64,000 bases of DNA from Bacillota bacterium (GCA_029008595.1 JAQXJH010000106.1:8957-72956); one strand, 5' to 3'. Counted from the first letter of the stretch, positions 48,045 through 57,806 are shown. Numbers and translations are program-made. Notes: a model not told the origin generated them from the sequence alone.

Positions 48045-49067
48045 TTACGCTTTTTTGTCTGACGCATGCAGCGCCCCGGGCGAAAGCGTCATATGCCGGG
48101 CGTATTCCAGACTGATCTCATTTTCCAGTTCCGGCTCGCCCGCCAGCCAGCGCTCCAGGTCATGGATCAGCGCCAGCGTTACGTATTCCCGGATATCGAT
48201 AGTCGGGCCTGCGCGGTGCGGGATCAGAATGATATTTTCACACCCGCGCAGCGAAGAATCCATCGGCAGCGGTTCCTTCTCATACACATCCAGAACGGCG
48301 CGGATCTTTCCGGCGCGCGCTGCCTCGGCCAGGTCGTCCTCCACAATGATCGGGCCGCGCGCCGTGTTGACGAACAGGGCGTCCTGCTTCATCATGGAGA
48401 AATAGTGCCGGTCGATCATATGATATGTTTCATCGCGCAGGGATTCGTGCAGCGAAACGATGTCGCAGGTGGAAAACAGCTCATCCATGTCGCACTTCTG
48501 CGCATGGTATTCCGCTTCGTCCTCCGGACGGTAAAAATCCGAACAGATCTTCACCCTGCACTCAAAAGCTTGCAGCATTTTCGCCAGATATTTTACCACC
48601 ATGCCGAATCCGATCAGACCGATGGTCTTGAAGCGGATCCCGTCGGAATAATACATGGGCGCCCAACCGTTGGCAGCCGTTTCGTTCACCAGCTTGACCA
48701 GCCTTCTCTGCGCAAGCAGAATATAGCCGATGGTTCCCTCGGCGACCGAATTGGCAAACAGCTTGTTTCCGCACAGCACCCGCACGCCGCGCTGCACAAG
48801 CGCTTCGGTCATAAAGCCTGCCACGCTGCCGCCGGTGTAACACACCAACTTCAGGCGGTCGGCGTGCTCCAGCATCGCCTCGTCAAGCTTCGGGATCCCC
48901 CATCCGGCAAACAGCACATCGACGCCGCGCAGATTTTCCTTCAGCTCCTGCGGCGAAAAAACGCCGTAGCGAACCGTGCCACAGTTTTCCAGTTCTTCTT
49001 TCACCCGGTCGGTAAAAAAAGTTCGGTTGGTCTCTTCCGAGGCCATACAGCTGACAAGAATGTTCAT
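48045..49067 (-). CDS. D-isomer-specific 2-hydroxyacid dehydrogenase family protein
   Basis: GLIGFGMVVKYLA NAD motif, and NTARGPIIVEDDL...IPHRAG catalytic Arg/Glu/His region. Start at MNILVS. Confidence 0.85.
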   Translation of the reverse strand: MNILVSCMASEETNRTFFTDRVKEELENCGTVRYGVFSPQELKENLRGVDVLFAGWGIPKLDEAMLEHADRLKLVCYTGGSVAGFMTEALVQRGVRVLCGNKLFANSVAEGTIGYILLAQRRLVKLVNETAANGWAPMYYSDGIRFKTIGLIGFGMVVKYLAKMLQAFECRVKICSDFYRPEDEAEYHAQKCDMDELFSTCDIVSLHESLRDETYHMIDRHYFSMMKQDALFVNTARGPIIVEDDLAEAARAGKIRAVLDVYEKEPLPMDSSLRGCENIILIPHRAGPTIDIREYVTLALIHDLERWLAGEPELENEISLEYARHMTLSPGALHASDKKA

Positions 49068-49156
49068 AAACACGCTGTTCCTTTCCGTTTTCCGGCCGTC
49101 GACCGGTTTCATTTTTACTCAACAGAATCATATCAATCCGGCTGCATCATAACAGA

Positions 49157-49190
49157 CGAAAAAGACCCAGCGCAATAACCGGGTCTTTTT
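49157..49190 (-). terminator. Hairpin after the SBP gene (attenuator/terminator)
   Basis: Minus strand AAAGACCC...GGGTCTTT stem followed by a T-run. Confidence 0.65.
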
Positions 49191-49209
49191 CTCCTGATAC
49201 AACCTGAAA

Positions 49210-50841
49210 TCAGGCGTTGTAGCGGTCAAAAGAATCCTGATAGACCTTCAGAACCTGCTCGATGCCCATGTTCTCGATTGCAGCCACATACGCATTCCAG
49301 CTGTCGTCCGTCACACCGTCGGTGATGAAGGTCGCTCTGCTGTCCGCAACATACTTCGAGATATCGGTGTAGCTTTCTGCCAGGACGCTCGATTCGTCAT
49401 CCGTGAAGGCAAGATAGTTCTTCGGGAAGATATCGACCGAATACGGCAGCAGCTTGTCACGGGTACCGTTGCCCTTGCAGAGCAGACCCATGGAGGAAGA
49501 GTTCAGGGACATGAAGATGCAGTTGTTGGCGTTGGAGAAGCCGAACTCCGTCAGGAAGTTGGTCGGTGCGCCGTCGTAATCATCCGGAACCTTGATGGTG
49601 TAGGTTTCTTTGCTGTCATCATCATAGTCCCAGTTTACGCCCTTGACGCCGAGCCACATGGAGATACTGGAAACGCCGGGAGCGATCTCGTTTTCTTCGG
49701 TCGTGTAGAGAGCGTTGACCCATTTCACCAGCGTCTCAATATCAGAGCACTTGGTGGAAATTTCGAACGAACCCATACGGGAAGGATAACTCTTCGGATA
49801 CTTCTGCGTGGAGGTGTATTCCGAGGTCAGCGGAGCGAGCAGATCGACATCGTAGTTGCCGCTCTTGAAGTTATCCAGAGAATAAATCGTGCCGTAGGTC
49901 GTGATCGCAGCGTTGTTCGCCAGCAGAACGGCCTTGGCGTTGGTGCCGTCTTCGGAGAAGATGTTCTTGTCAAAGCCGCCGGAGGTATACAGTTCATGCA
50001 TGTACTCCATCAGACGGCGGTACTGTTCGGAGGTGTAGTTGAAGGTGACCGTTTTGCCGTCGGAGGAACCGAATTCCATATCGACCTCATCGCCGAACGC
50101 CGGGAAGAGGAAATACAGCAGCATAGAAGAGAGATGACCATTGGAATAGGGCTGGAACGCAATGAAATCCTTGTTGTTTGCGCCGTAGTAGCTCTGCAGA
50201 TCCTTAACGGCCTGCAGCAGCTCGTCCGTCGTCTTCGGAACTTCCACAGCGGCTTCCGCGAACATATCGGTACGATAGTAGATCGTTCCGGCGAAAGCGG
50301 TCAGCGTCTGCAGAAATGTCGGCAGCGCATACATGGAGCCGTCTTCGTTTTCAACGGTCTTGTAGGATTCCGGATGGGCATCCATCAGCGCGACCAGGTC
50401 GGGCATATACTTGAGGTAATCCTTGTAGTTGATGAAATACTGCTGCTGACCGTATTTCAGAGCCTGTGCCTTATCCATTCCGGTGTTGTCAAGGTTGAAG
50501 ATCAGATCCGGAACCTCGTTGCCGGAAAGCGCAACGCCGAGCTGTGTCTCCCAGTCGGACCAATACTGCCAGTCGATCGCCACGTTAGTGGCCTCTTCAT
50601 AGGCTTTGTACCACAGGTGCTCGCTCACACCGTCCCTCGGAGCGGCAGCGGTAAAGGTGACCTTTTCCGAAACGATCGGATAGGACGGCGTGTACGTTTC
50701 TTCTTCCTGAGAAGAAGTGGATGTTTCGCTCGCAGCTGAAGACGATGCCGGCGCGGAGGAGGATGCGTTTCCCGAGCAGGCCGTCATCATGCCGATCCCC
50801 AGAAGGACCGACAGGATCAGCGCGAATACTTTCTTGGACAT
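49210..50841 (-). CDS. Extracellular solute-binding lipoprotein, large LplA-like sugar SBP (CUT1)
   Basis: Lipobox MMTACSG and a Ser-rich linker, 543 aa. AAAGGAG RBS. Confidence 0.85.
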   Translation of the reverse strand: MSKKVFALILSVLLGIGMMTACSGNASSSAPASSSAASETSTSSQEEETYTPSYPIVSEKVTFTAAAPRDGVSEHLWYKAYEEATNVAIDWQYWSDWETQLGVALSGNEVPDLIFNLDNTGMDKAQALKYGQQQYFINYKDYLKYMPDLVALMDAHPESYKTVENEDGSMYALPTFLQTLTAFAGTIYYRTDMFAEAAVEVPKTTDELLQAVKDLQSYYGANNKDFIAFQPYSNGHLSSMLLYFLFPAFGDEVDMEFGSSDGKTVTFNYTSEQYRRLMEYMHELYTSGGFDKNIFSEDGTNAKAVLLANNAAITTYGTIYSLDNFKSGNYDVDLLAPLTSEYTSTQKYPKSYPSRMGSFEISTKCSDIETLVKWVNALYTTEENEIAPGVSSISMWLGVKGVNWDYDDDSKETYTIKVPDDYDGAPTNFLTEFGFSNANNCIFMSLNSSSMGLLCKGNGTRDKLLPYSVDIFPKNYLAFTDDESSVLAESYTDISKYVADSRATFITDGVTDDSWNAYVAAIENMGIEQVLKVYQDSFDRYNA

Positions 50842-50908
50842 GTTGTTTGCTCCTTTCGACTAATCAAATTTTATGATAACAGAGATCCCTCTGTCAACAC
50901 CCGATCAA

Positions 50909-51814
50909 TCATCCCTTGACGGATCCGAGCATAACGCCCTTGTCAAAGTATTTCTGCAGGAATGGATAAACGATCAGCAGCGGGGCCGAGCTGACGATGA
51001 TCAGCGCGTACTTGAGCAGATTGGCCAGGTTTGCATAATACACGGCAAGTTCCTCATCGATCGAAGCGCCGCCGGCGGAGTTCATCGTGTTCAGGATCAG
51101 GATCTCGCGCAGGACGAGCGCCAGCGGGATCTTTTCGCGCGCAGAGGCCAGGTAGATCAATGCGCTGAAGTAGGAGTTCCAGTGCGCCACCGCATAATAC
51201 AGCGTCAGAACACCGAGCAGCGCTTTGGAAAGCGGAAGCACGATTTTGGCAAAGGTCTGGATCGTCGAGCAGCCGTCGATCCTCGCCGCTTCTTCCACCT
51301 CGGCAGGAACACCGTTCTGGAAAAAGGTTCTGGCGATGATCAGATTATAAGTGGAAATACCGGCCGGCAGAATCATTGCCCACCAGGTGTTGAGCAGCCC
51401 GAGATCCCGCACCGTCAGATAAGTCGGAATCATGCCGCCGCTGAAATACATGGTGAACACGATCAGGAACATGATCACGTTGCGCCCCATAAAGTTTTTC
51501 TTGGAAAGCGCATACGCAGCGGTCAGCGTAAAGAACAGGTTGACGATCGTTCCGACAACGGTGTAAAAAATCGTATTGCGGTAGCCCATCAGAATATCGT
51601 CGTTTTTAAAAACGGTTTTATAGGCATCCAGCGTGATCTGCTTCGGCCAGAACCAGACCTCACCTGCCGCGACGGCATTCGGGTTGGAAAAAGAACAGAT
51701 CACCACAAAATACAGCGGATAAAGCACGATCAGAAAAAAGAGGGTGACCACGGTGATATTGATCGCGTTGAAAACTCTGTCGCCTTTGCTTTCTTTGATA
51801 ACGGCCATTTTCAT
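50909..51814 (-). CDS. Carbohydrate ABC transporter permease (LplC type)
   Basis: EAA loop EEAARIDGCSTIQTFAKIVLPL. The start is ATG 51814 or, better spaced from GGGAGGG, ATG 51808. Confidence 0.85.
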   Translation of the reverse strand: MKMAVIKESKGDRVFNAINITVVTLFFLIVLYPLYFVVICSFSNPNAVAAGEVWFWPKQITLDAYKTVFKNDDILMGYRNTIFYTVVGTIVNLFFTLTAAYALSKKNFMGRNVIMFLIVFTMYFSGGMIPTYLTVRDLGLLNTWWAMILPAGISTYNLIIARTFFQNGVPAEVEEAARIDGCSTIQTFAKIVLPLSKALLGVLTLYYAVAHWNSYFSALIYLASAREKIPLALVLREILILNTMNSAGGASIDEELAVYYANLANLLKYALIIVSSAPLLIVYPFLQKYFDKGVMLGSVKG

Positions 51815-51824
51815 TCCCTCCCTT

Positions 51825-52778
51825 TCAGAACAGACTGGTATCCGACATTTTTTTCGAGATCCAGTTGACCAACATGACCAGCCCGAAGTTGATCACGTTG
51901 TTCATCAGGCCGACCGCCGCAGAAAAGCTGAAATCCGTTTTGATCAGGCCGCGGTCGTAAATGTACAGCGCAATGACGTAAGCGTTGTTTGCATTCAGAT
52001 CATTCTTCATCAGATACGTCTTTTCAAAGCCGACACTGAGCAGCGAACCGGCGTTCATAATGAAGAGGATCGTTGCCGTCGGCAGGATCGCAGGCACATT
52101 GATGTGCCAGATGCGCTGCAGGCGCGAGGCACCGTCGATCATGGCAGCCTCGTGCAGACCGGGATCCACACTGGAGAGCGCTGCCAGATAAATGATGCAG
52201 CCCCAGCCTGCTCCCTGCCAGACGCCGGACCAGACATAAAGATGACGGAACGCCGTGGAGGAGGTGATGTAGTTGACGGCTTCGTACCCTAAAAGCTCCC
52301 GGAGGTTATTGATCATTCCGTTCGGCCCGAAGAACAGGTTGAGCATACCGACCAGAACGACCACGGAAATAAAATGCGGCGCATAAACCGTAGTCTGTAC
52401 GATCTTCTTGTATCTCTGGCTTTTCAGCTCGTTGAGCATCAGCGACAGAATGATCGGGATCGGGAAGCTGGCCAGCATGGAATACAGCGCAAGAACGACC
52501 GTATTTTTGATAACCGTCCACGCATATGCCGAACGGAAAAAGCTTTGGAAGTGCTTCAGCCCGACCCAGGGGCTGGCCTGAATCCCCAGCGCTCCGCTGT
52601 AATCCTTGAAGGCGATCTGCAGACCGTACATCGGTACATAGCAGAAAATGATGTACCAGATCACCGCCGGCAGAACCAGAAGGTATAATTGATAGTCCTG
52701 AATCAGACGCTTCCAGACGCTTTTTTTACGCGGAACGGAAAGCGGCTTTTTTTTCTTTGCAACGGCTGTTTTTCCCAA
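51825..52778 (-). CDS. Carbohydrate ABC transporter permease (LplB type)
   Basis: EAA loop HEAAMIDGASRLQRIWHINVP and a basic N-terminus, 317 aa. Confidence 0.85.
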   Translation of the reverse strand: MGKTAVAKKKKPLSVPRKKSVWKRLIQDYQLYLLVLPAVIWYIIFCYVPMYGLQIAFKDYSGALGIQASPWVGLKHFQSFFRSAYAWTVIKNTVVLALYSMLASFPIPIILSLMLNELKSQRYKKIVQTTVYAPHFISVVVLVGMLNLFFGPNGMINNLRELLGYEAVNYITSSTAFRHLYVWSGVWQGAGWGCIIYLAALSSVDPGLHEAAMIDGASRLQRIWHINVPAILPTATILFIMNAGSLLSVGFEKTYLMKNDLNANNAYVIALYIYDRGLIKTDFSFSAAVGLMNNVINFGLVMLVNWISKKMSDTSLF

Positions 52779-52988
52779 AATTCCTGACCTCGATTCTGTT
52801 TGTTGATTTTTTGTACAAAAATATTTTAACGTCCTTGTTTTGAAATGTGTAGTATGATTTTTTTGCAGAGACCCGCAAAATTTGCAGTTTGTTCATAATT
52901 TCAATTTTTCACACGAAAATCCGATTTTTTTGCAAAAAAACAATGGTTCTGCAAAAATCAAACAGAAGCATTTCCCCGGCAAATATGC

Positions 52989-52994
52989 TATAAT
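52989..52994 (+). promoter_or_regulatory. Extended -10 element (TGcTATAAT) upstream of the second AraC-type regulator gene
   Basis: TG at 52986-52987 and TATAAT at 52989-52994. The -35 is weak. Confidence 0.45.
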
Positions 52995-53102
52995 GACTGA
53001 TAGACCGCTGCCTGCAGCGCTGTTTTCTGGATTTGTTGCAAAAAACATGCACGGTCTGCAAAAAAACAATACTGTGAAAGGTTCTGAAATTTACCGGAAA
53101 GG

Positions 53103-55295
53103 ATGATTCAAAAAATGCAGTCCACCGAAAAGAAATCGCCTGCAAAAACAATCAAACGATTCGGAAAGTACCCGTTTTTGTTCAAAATGATCTTCACCAT
53201 CTATTTTCTGATCTGCATCCCGATGATCCTGATCCAGGTGTTTGTGCTCCGCTCCTCTTATCAGAAGCTGAACACGCAGAACGACGCCTACTGTGTTGCG
53301 GAAACGCGGAATCTCTCTTCCCGTATGTCTTCCCAGATCTCTGCCTTCCGTACCACGGCGCTGAAGATCAGCAATACCAACCAGACCAATATCAAAAGAT
53401 ACCTCAGCCCCAACGCACCGGACGGCACGGCCCGGCTCGCTTCGGAGGAGCTTTCCAACTATCTGCTCAGCGTACCGATGGCAAAGCATATCGGGATCTA
53501 TTATGTCGACCGGCAGATCTTTCTGAATGATGAATATTATTATCTGCTGGAAAACTTCTGTTCTTCCTTTTCAAAAGGCGATCCGGACGTGTATGAGCGC
53601 GTCTATTCCCTGTTCACCGAACCGTTTGAAGGGCGTTACCGGATGATCTCCTCCATGCGATCCCGATCGTCCGTCGATGCGGAAATCATCGTCGCTTTTC
53701 CCGTGCGGATGAACCAATACAGCGACGACTATGACGCCATTATCTATTTCACCATGACCTATTCCTCCATGAACACCTTTCTGACCACTTCGCTTTCCGA
53801 AAGCAGCACTTATGCAATTTTCAGCCAGTCCGGGAATCTGTTTTTCACGAATAACAGCGCCAATATAGACGAACTTTATTCCGAATCCTTTGCCGGTTTT
53901 CTGAAGGACGAAACCCAAAGCAAGTACCAGCTTGCCGCCGGCGATGCAGACGCCTATAAATATCGGGAGGAAAATTCCTCCTATACCTTTGTTACGGTCG
54001 TCGGCAAAAATCAGTTTGAAGAAAACAGCTTTACGTTTTTGCGCTCCATGGAGCTGCTTTTGCTGGCTAATCTTCTGGTGACCCTCATTCTGGCGGGCAT
54101 CACGTCCTATATCAATTATAATCCGCTGCGCAAGCTGGTTTCCAGAATTTCGTCCCACGGAAAAGACTCCTCCTCGGAGCTGGACCGGATCGAAAGCGCC
54201 ATCACCGAACTGGACAACCGCGCTTCCGACCAGAGCATTGTCATTATGGATTATGTTCTCAACGACCTGCTGTACGGCACATCCGTGCGCCAGCAGCAGC
54301 TGACCGATCTTGTTCCGAACTTTGACTGCCGCAATTTCTGCGCGGTGTCGGTTCTTTGTACCCGCCCCACAACCGAACAGTCGCGCCGGATCTCGGAACT
54401 GACCCTGAAATCCAGCGGATGCCAGATTTATATCACCGATCTTCCCAACAAGGAGTACAGCCTGTTCGTCTGCCTTTCCAAGCAGGAGATCGACACCGAA
54501 CAGCTTTCCCGCTCGATTACGGAGGCCGTCCGGGAGATCCTGCAGGAAACGTGTGAGGTGTATGTCGGTACCGTTGTAAACAGTCTGGACGACATTCCGC
54601 TTTCCTACTATGCCTCTCAGGCCCGGGCAGGCGGACAATCCGGCTTTGTGTATTCCAAGGACTATCCTTCGGCAGAGATCCAGCTGTTTTCCCGCCAGAT
54701 CGAAGCCTCCAACCTTTCTGCCGCCCGCCAGACGCTGCAGGTGATCTTTGAATTCGCGCTGAAAAATTCCCATAACCGCGTTTTGTGCCGCTATGTCAGT
54801 TACGAGGTTCTGATCGCTTATGTTTCCGCGCGCAAGCGCACCCGCTTCCCCATCACGGACGCCGAACTGAAAAATCTGCTGGCGTTTACCAATGCAGCGC
54901 ACCTGCAGAAGGAGCTGGAATCGTCGATCGCTGCGATGGAACAGCATCTTTCGCAGGAACACACGGATGAAACCACCGCTCTGCAGAACGAGATCGTCGA
55001 GTATGTCAACGAAAACTTCTACAAAACCGATATCAGCCTGATCAACGTGGCAGATCATTTCGGGATCTCGATCTACATGCTCAGCCGTGTTTTCAAGTCC
55101 CGTACCGGAATCGGCTTTAAGGAATATATTACGGCAAAGCGTCTGGAGCTTGCCTGCAGGCTGCTGATCACCACCAATGACAATATTTCGGTCATTGCAC
55201 AGAACAGCGGGTTTGAAAATCCGACGTATTTTGCCTCCATCTTCAAAGCGCATTACGGCATGACGCCCTCAAAATTCCGTGAGAGCGCTGTCTGA
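53103..55295 (+). CDS. Membrane-anchored AraC-family transcriptional regulator with extracytoplasmic sensor domain (paralog of 9165-11066)
   Basis: Two TM segments flank a domain of about 270 aa. C-terminal double HTH (ISIYMLSRVFK...GFENPTYFASIFKAHYGMTPSKFR). ATG 53115 is better spaced from GGAAAGGA than ATG 53103. Confidence 0.8.
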   Translation: MIQKMQSTEKKSPAKTIKRFGKYPFLFKMIFTIYFLICIPMILIQVFVLRSSYQKLNTQNDAYCVAETRNLSSRMSSQISAFRTTALKISNTNQTNIKRYLSPNAPDGTARLASEELSNYLLSVPMAKHIGIYYVDRQIFLNDEYYYLLENFCSSFSKGDPDVYERVYSLFTEPFEGRYRMISSMRSRSSVDAEIIVAFPVRMNQYSDDYDAIIYFTMTYSSMNTFLTTSLSESSTYAIFSQSGNLFFTNNSANIDELYSESFAGFLKDETQSKYQLAAGDADAYKYREENSSYTFVTVVGKNQFEENSFTFLRSMELLLLANLLVTLILAGITSYINYNPLRKLVSRISSHGKDSSSELDRIESAITELDNRASDQSIVIMDYVLNDLLYGTSVRQQQLTDLVPNFDCRNFCAVSVLCTRPTTEQSRRISELTLKSSGCQIYITDLPNKEYSLFVCLSKQEIDTEQLSRSITEAVREILQETCEVYVGTVVNSLDDIPLSYYASQARAGGQSGFVYSKDYPSAEIQLFSRQIEASNLSAARQTLQVIFEFALKNSHNRVLCRYVSYEVLIAYVSARKRTRFPITDAELKNLLAFTNAAHLQKELESSIAAMEQHLSQEHTDETTALQNEIVEYVNENFYKTDISLINVADHFGISIYMLSRVFKSRTGIGFKEYITAKRLELACRLLITTNDNISVIAQNSGFENPTYFASIFKAHYGMTPSKFRESAV

Positions 55296-55356
55296 TCGCT
55301 CCGCGCGGAAATTTTTACCCTTTCCCCGCTCCGGAAAGATCTCTGCCATAGGGGGA

Positions 55357-55385
55357 TTGACAATCCCCCGGCAATCTGTTATAGT
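55357..55385 (+). promoter_or_regulatory. Sigma-A type promoter of the pfl leader
   Basis: TTGACA (55357-55362), 17-nt spacer, TATAGT (55380-55385). Confidence 0.65.
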
Positions 55386-55387
55386 GG

Positions 55388-55490
55388 AACCACGGTCCGC
55401 AACTGGCGTAACGCAGAATACTGCGGGGGAGCGGAACCGGAACTTTCGCCGCACGCCTGGGCATGATTTTTGATCATGCCCGGTTTTTTT
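55388..55490 (+). promoter_or_regulatory. ZTP riboswitch (pfl motif) with intrinsic terminator
   Basis: Conserved ACTGGCG in the 5' subdomain and CCGCACGCCTGGGCA in the 3' subdomain. Terminator GGGCATGAT/ATCATGCCC (55459-55481) plus a T-run overlaps the pseudoknot strand. Confidence 0.8.
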
Positions 55491-55577
55491 GTGCCTTTTT
55501 CGGCTGCCGCGGCATGAATATGCTGCGCGCACAGGCTCCGAACGGCCCTGTGCAGAAGAGAAAGGAACGATTGATTG

Positions 55578-57806
55578 ATGAAAGCCTGGAGAAGCTTCAG
55601 CGAAGGCAACTGGTGTACCGAAATTGATGTCCGCGATTTTATTCACAGAAATTATACGCCGTATGAAGGCGACGGCGCTTTTCTCTGCGGCCCGACGGCA
55701 CGCACCGAACGGCTCAGCGGCCGCGTTCAGGAGCTGCTGCGCCTGGAGCAGGAAAAAGGCGGCGTACTGGACGTGGATACCGACCGCGTTTCCTCCATTC
55801 TGACCTATGCGCCGGGCTATATCTGCAAAGGCGAGGACATCATCCTCGGGCTGCAGACCGAACAGCCGCTGAAGCGGGCGGTCAATCCGTTCGCCGGATT
55901 CCGCAACGCAGAGCAGGCGTGCAAGGCCTACGGCTATGAGATCGGCGACGATGTCCGCAGGGAATTTTCCTACCGGACAACGCACAACACGGGCGTTTTC
56001 CGCGTTTATACCGACACGATGAAAAAGGCCCGCCACGCCGGGATCCTCACCGGACTGCCGGACGCTTACGGCCGCGGCCGCCTGATCGGCGATTACCGGC
56101 GGCTGGCGCTTTACGGCATGGATTTTCTGATCCGGCAGAAAGAAGCCGACCGGCGCGCACTGGACGAGCGGAATATGGACGACGAGACCATCCGGCTGCT
56201 GGAGGATGTTTCCCGCCAGATCGAATTCATGCAGGCGTTGGTTCAGATGGCCGCGGAATACGGCTGCGATATCTCCCGCCCGGCGGAAAACTCCTACGAA
56301 GCGGTGCAGTGGCTCTATTTTGCTTATCTGGGCGGCCAGAAGGAACAAAACGGCGCCGCCAACAGCATCGGCCGGATCACGACCTTTCTGGATATTTATT
56401 TTGAGCGCGATCTGAAGGAAAACGCCATTACGGAATCCGGCATTCAGGAGCTGCTGGACGATCTGGTGCTCAAGCTTCGCCTGATCCGCCATCTGCGCAC
56501 GCCGGAATACAACGATCTGTTTGCGGGAGACCCGGTATGGGTCACCTGTTCCGAAGGCGGCATGAACGAAGACGGCAGAACCCTTGTGACCAAAAGCAGC
56601 TTCCGTATGCTGAACACGCTTTATAACCTCGGCCCTTCCGCCGAACCGAACATCACCGTTCTGTGGTCGGAGCGGCTGCCCGCTGCATTCAAAAAATTCT
56701 GCGCCAGGGTTTCGATCGATACCGATGCGATCCAGTATGAAAACGACGACGTCATGCGCGAAGCATACGGTGACGATTACGCGATCGCATGCTGTGTTTC
56801 CGCCATGAAATGCGGCAAACAGATGCAGTTTTTCGGCGCGCGCTGCAACCTGCCGAAGGTGCTGCTGATGGCGCTCAACGGCGGCAAGGATGAAATTTAC
56901 GCCACGCAGATCGCCCCGGAAGGAAAGGTTTTTCCGGAAAATGTTCCGCTCCGGTATGACGAGGTGCTGGAACAGCTGAAAATCTATTTGTCCTGGATGG
57001 CGCGCCTTTATGTCAACACGATGAACGTCATCCACTTTATGCACGACAAATATGCCTATGAGCGGCTGATCATGGGCTTTCACGACACCCAGGTGGAACG
57101 GCTGATGGCGTTCGGCGTCAGCGGTCTTTCGGTGCTGACCGACTCCCTCAGCGCGATCCGGTATGCTTCTGTTACGCCGGTACGCGATGAACGCGGCCTG
57201 ATCACCGACTTCCGCACCGAGGGTGATTTCCCTAAATACGGAAACGACGACGACCGTGCCGACAGCATTGCGCAGTGGATCACGGATTTCTTTTACCGCG
57301 AGCTTTGCAAAACGCCGGCATACCGCGGCGCAAAGCACACGCTTTCTGTGCTGACGATCACCTCGAACGTGATGTACGGCCGGAAAACCGGCAACACCCC
57401 GGACGGACGGCGAGCCGGTGAGCCTTTTGCGCCCGGCGCCAACCCGATGCACGGCCGTGACTGCGAAGGCGCGCTGGCTTCGCTGAACTCGGTCGCCAAG
57501 CTGAAGTACAGCTGCTGCCGCGACGGTATTTCCAACACCTTTTCCATTACGCCCGGCACGCTCGGCACCGATGACGACGACCGCGCCGCCAAGCTGACCG
57601 CGGTGCTGGACGGATATTTTTCGCAGGGCGCCCAGCATCTGAACGTCAATGTGCTCAACCGGCAGAAGCTCATCGACGCCATGAACGATCCGACGCTTTA
57701 TCCGAACCTGACTATCCGCGTTTCCGGCTATGCGGTGAACTTCAACAAGCTTTCGCGTGACAAGCAGCTCGAAGTGATCTCCCGCACATTCCATGACAAG
57801 CTGTAA
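55578..57806 (+). CDS. pflB: Formate C-acetyltransferase (pyruvate formate-lyase)
   Basis: About 742 aa, with the glycyl radical motif RVSGYAVNF near the C-terminus and an active-site CC region (ACCVSAM). AAAGGAA RBS. Confidence 0.95.
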   Translation: MKAWRSFSEGNWCTEIDVRDFIHRNYTPYEGDGAFLCGPTARTERLSGRVQELLRLEQEKGGVLDVDTDRVSSILTYAPGYICKGEDIILGLQTEQPLKRAVNPFAGFRNAEQACKAYGYEIGDDVRREFSYRTTHNTGVFRVYTDTMKKARHAGILTGLPDAYGRGRLIGDYRRLALYGMDFLIRQKEADRRALDERNMDDETIRLLEDVSRQIEFMQALVQMAAEYGCDISRPAENSYEAVQWLYFAYLGGQKEQNGAANSIGRITTFLDIYFERDLKENAITESGIQELLDDLVLKLRLIRHLRTPEYNDLFAGDPVWVTCSEGGMNEDGRTLVTKSSFRMLNTLYNLGPSAEPNITVLWSERLPAAFKKFCARVSIDTDAIQYENDDVMREAYGDDYAIACCVSAMKCGKQMQFFGARCNLPKVLLMALNGGKDEIYATQIAPEGKVFPENVPLRYDEVLEQLKIYLSWMARLYVNTMNVIHFMHDKYAYERLIMGFHDTQVERLMAFGVSGLSVLTDSLSAIRYASVTPVRDERGLITDFRTEGDFPKYGNDDDRADSIAQWITDFFYRELCKTPAYRGAKHTLSVLTITSNVMYGRKTGNTPDGRRAGEPFAPGANPMHGRDCEGALASLNSVAKLKYSCCRDGISNTFSITPGTLGTDDDDRAAKLTAVLDGYFSQGAQHLNVNVLNRQKLIDAMNDPTLYPNLTIRVSGYAVNFNKLSRDKQLEVISRTFHDKL

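Noticed and set aside
46366-48405. 679-aa plus-strand ORF spanning three minus-strand genes and an intergenic terminator
   Set aside because: It crosses a promoter/terminator region and runs antisense to well-supported oxidoreductase and dehydrogenase genes. No domain is recognisable. It is a high-GC artefact.
55269-57794. 841-aa ORF on the minus strand, the longest in the track
   Set aside because: It lies exactly antisense to pflB, whose product has unmistakable glycyl-radical and active-site motifs. The antisense translation is Arg/Gly/Ala/His-rich with no recognisable domain. This is a typical stop-codon-poor antisense frame in GC-rich DNA.
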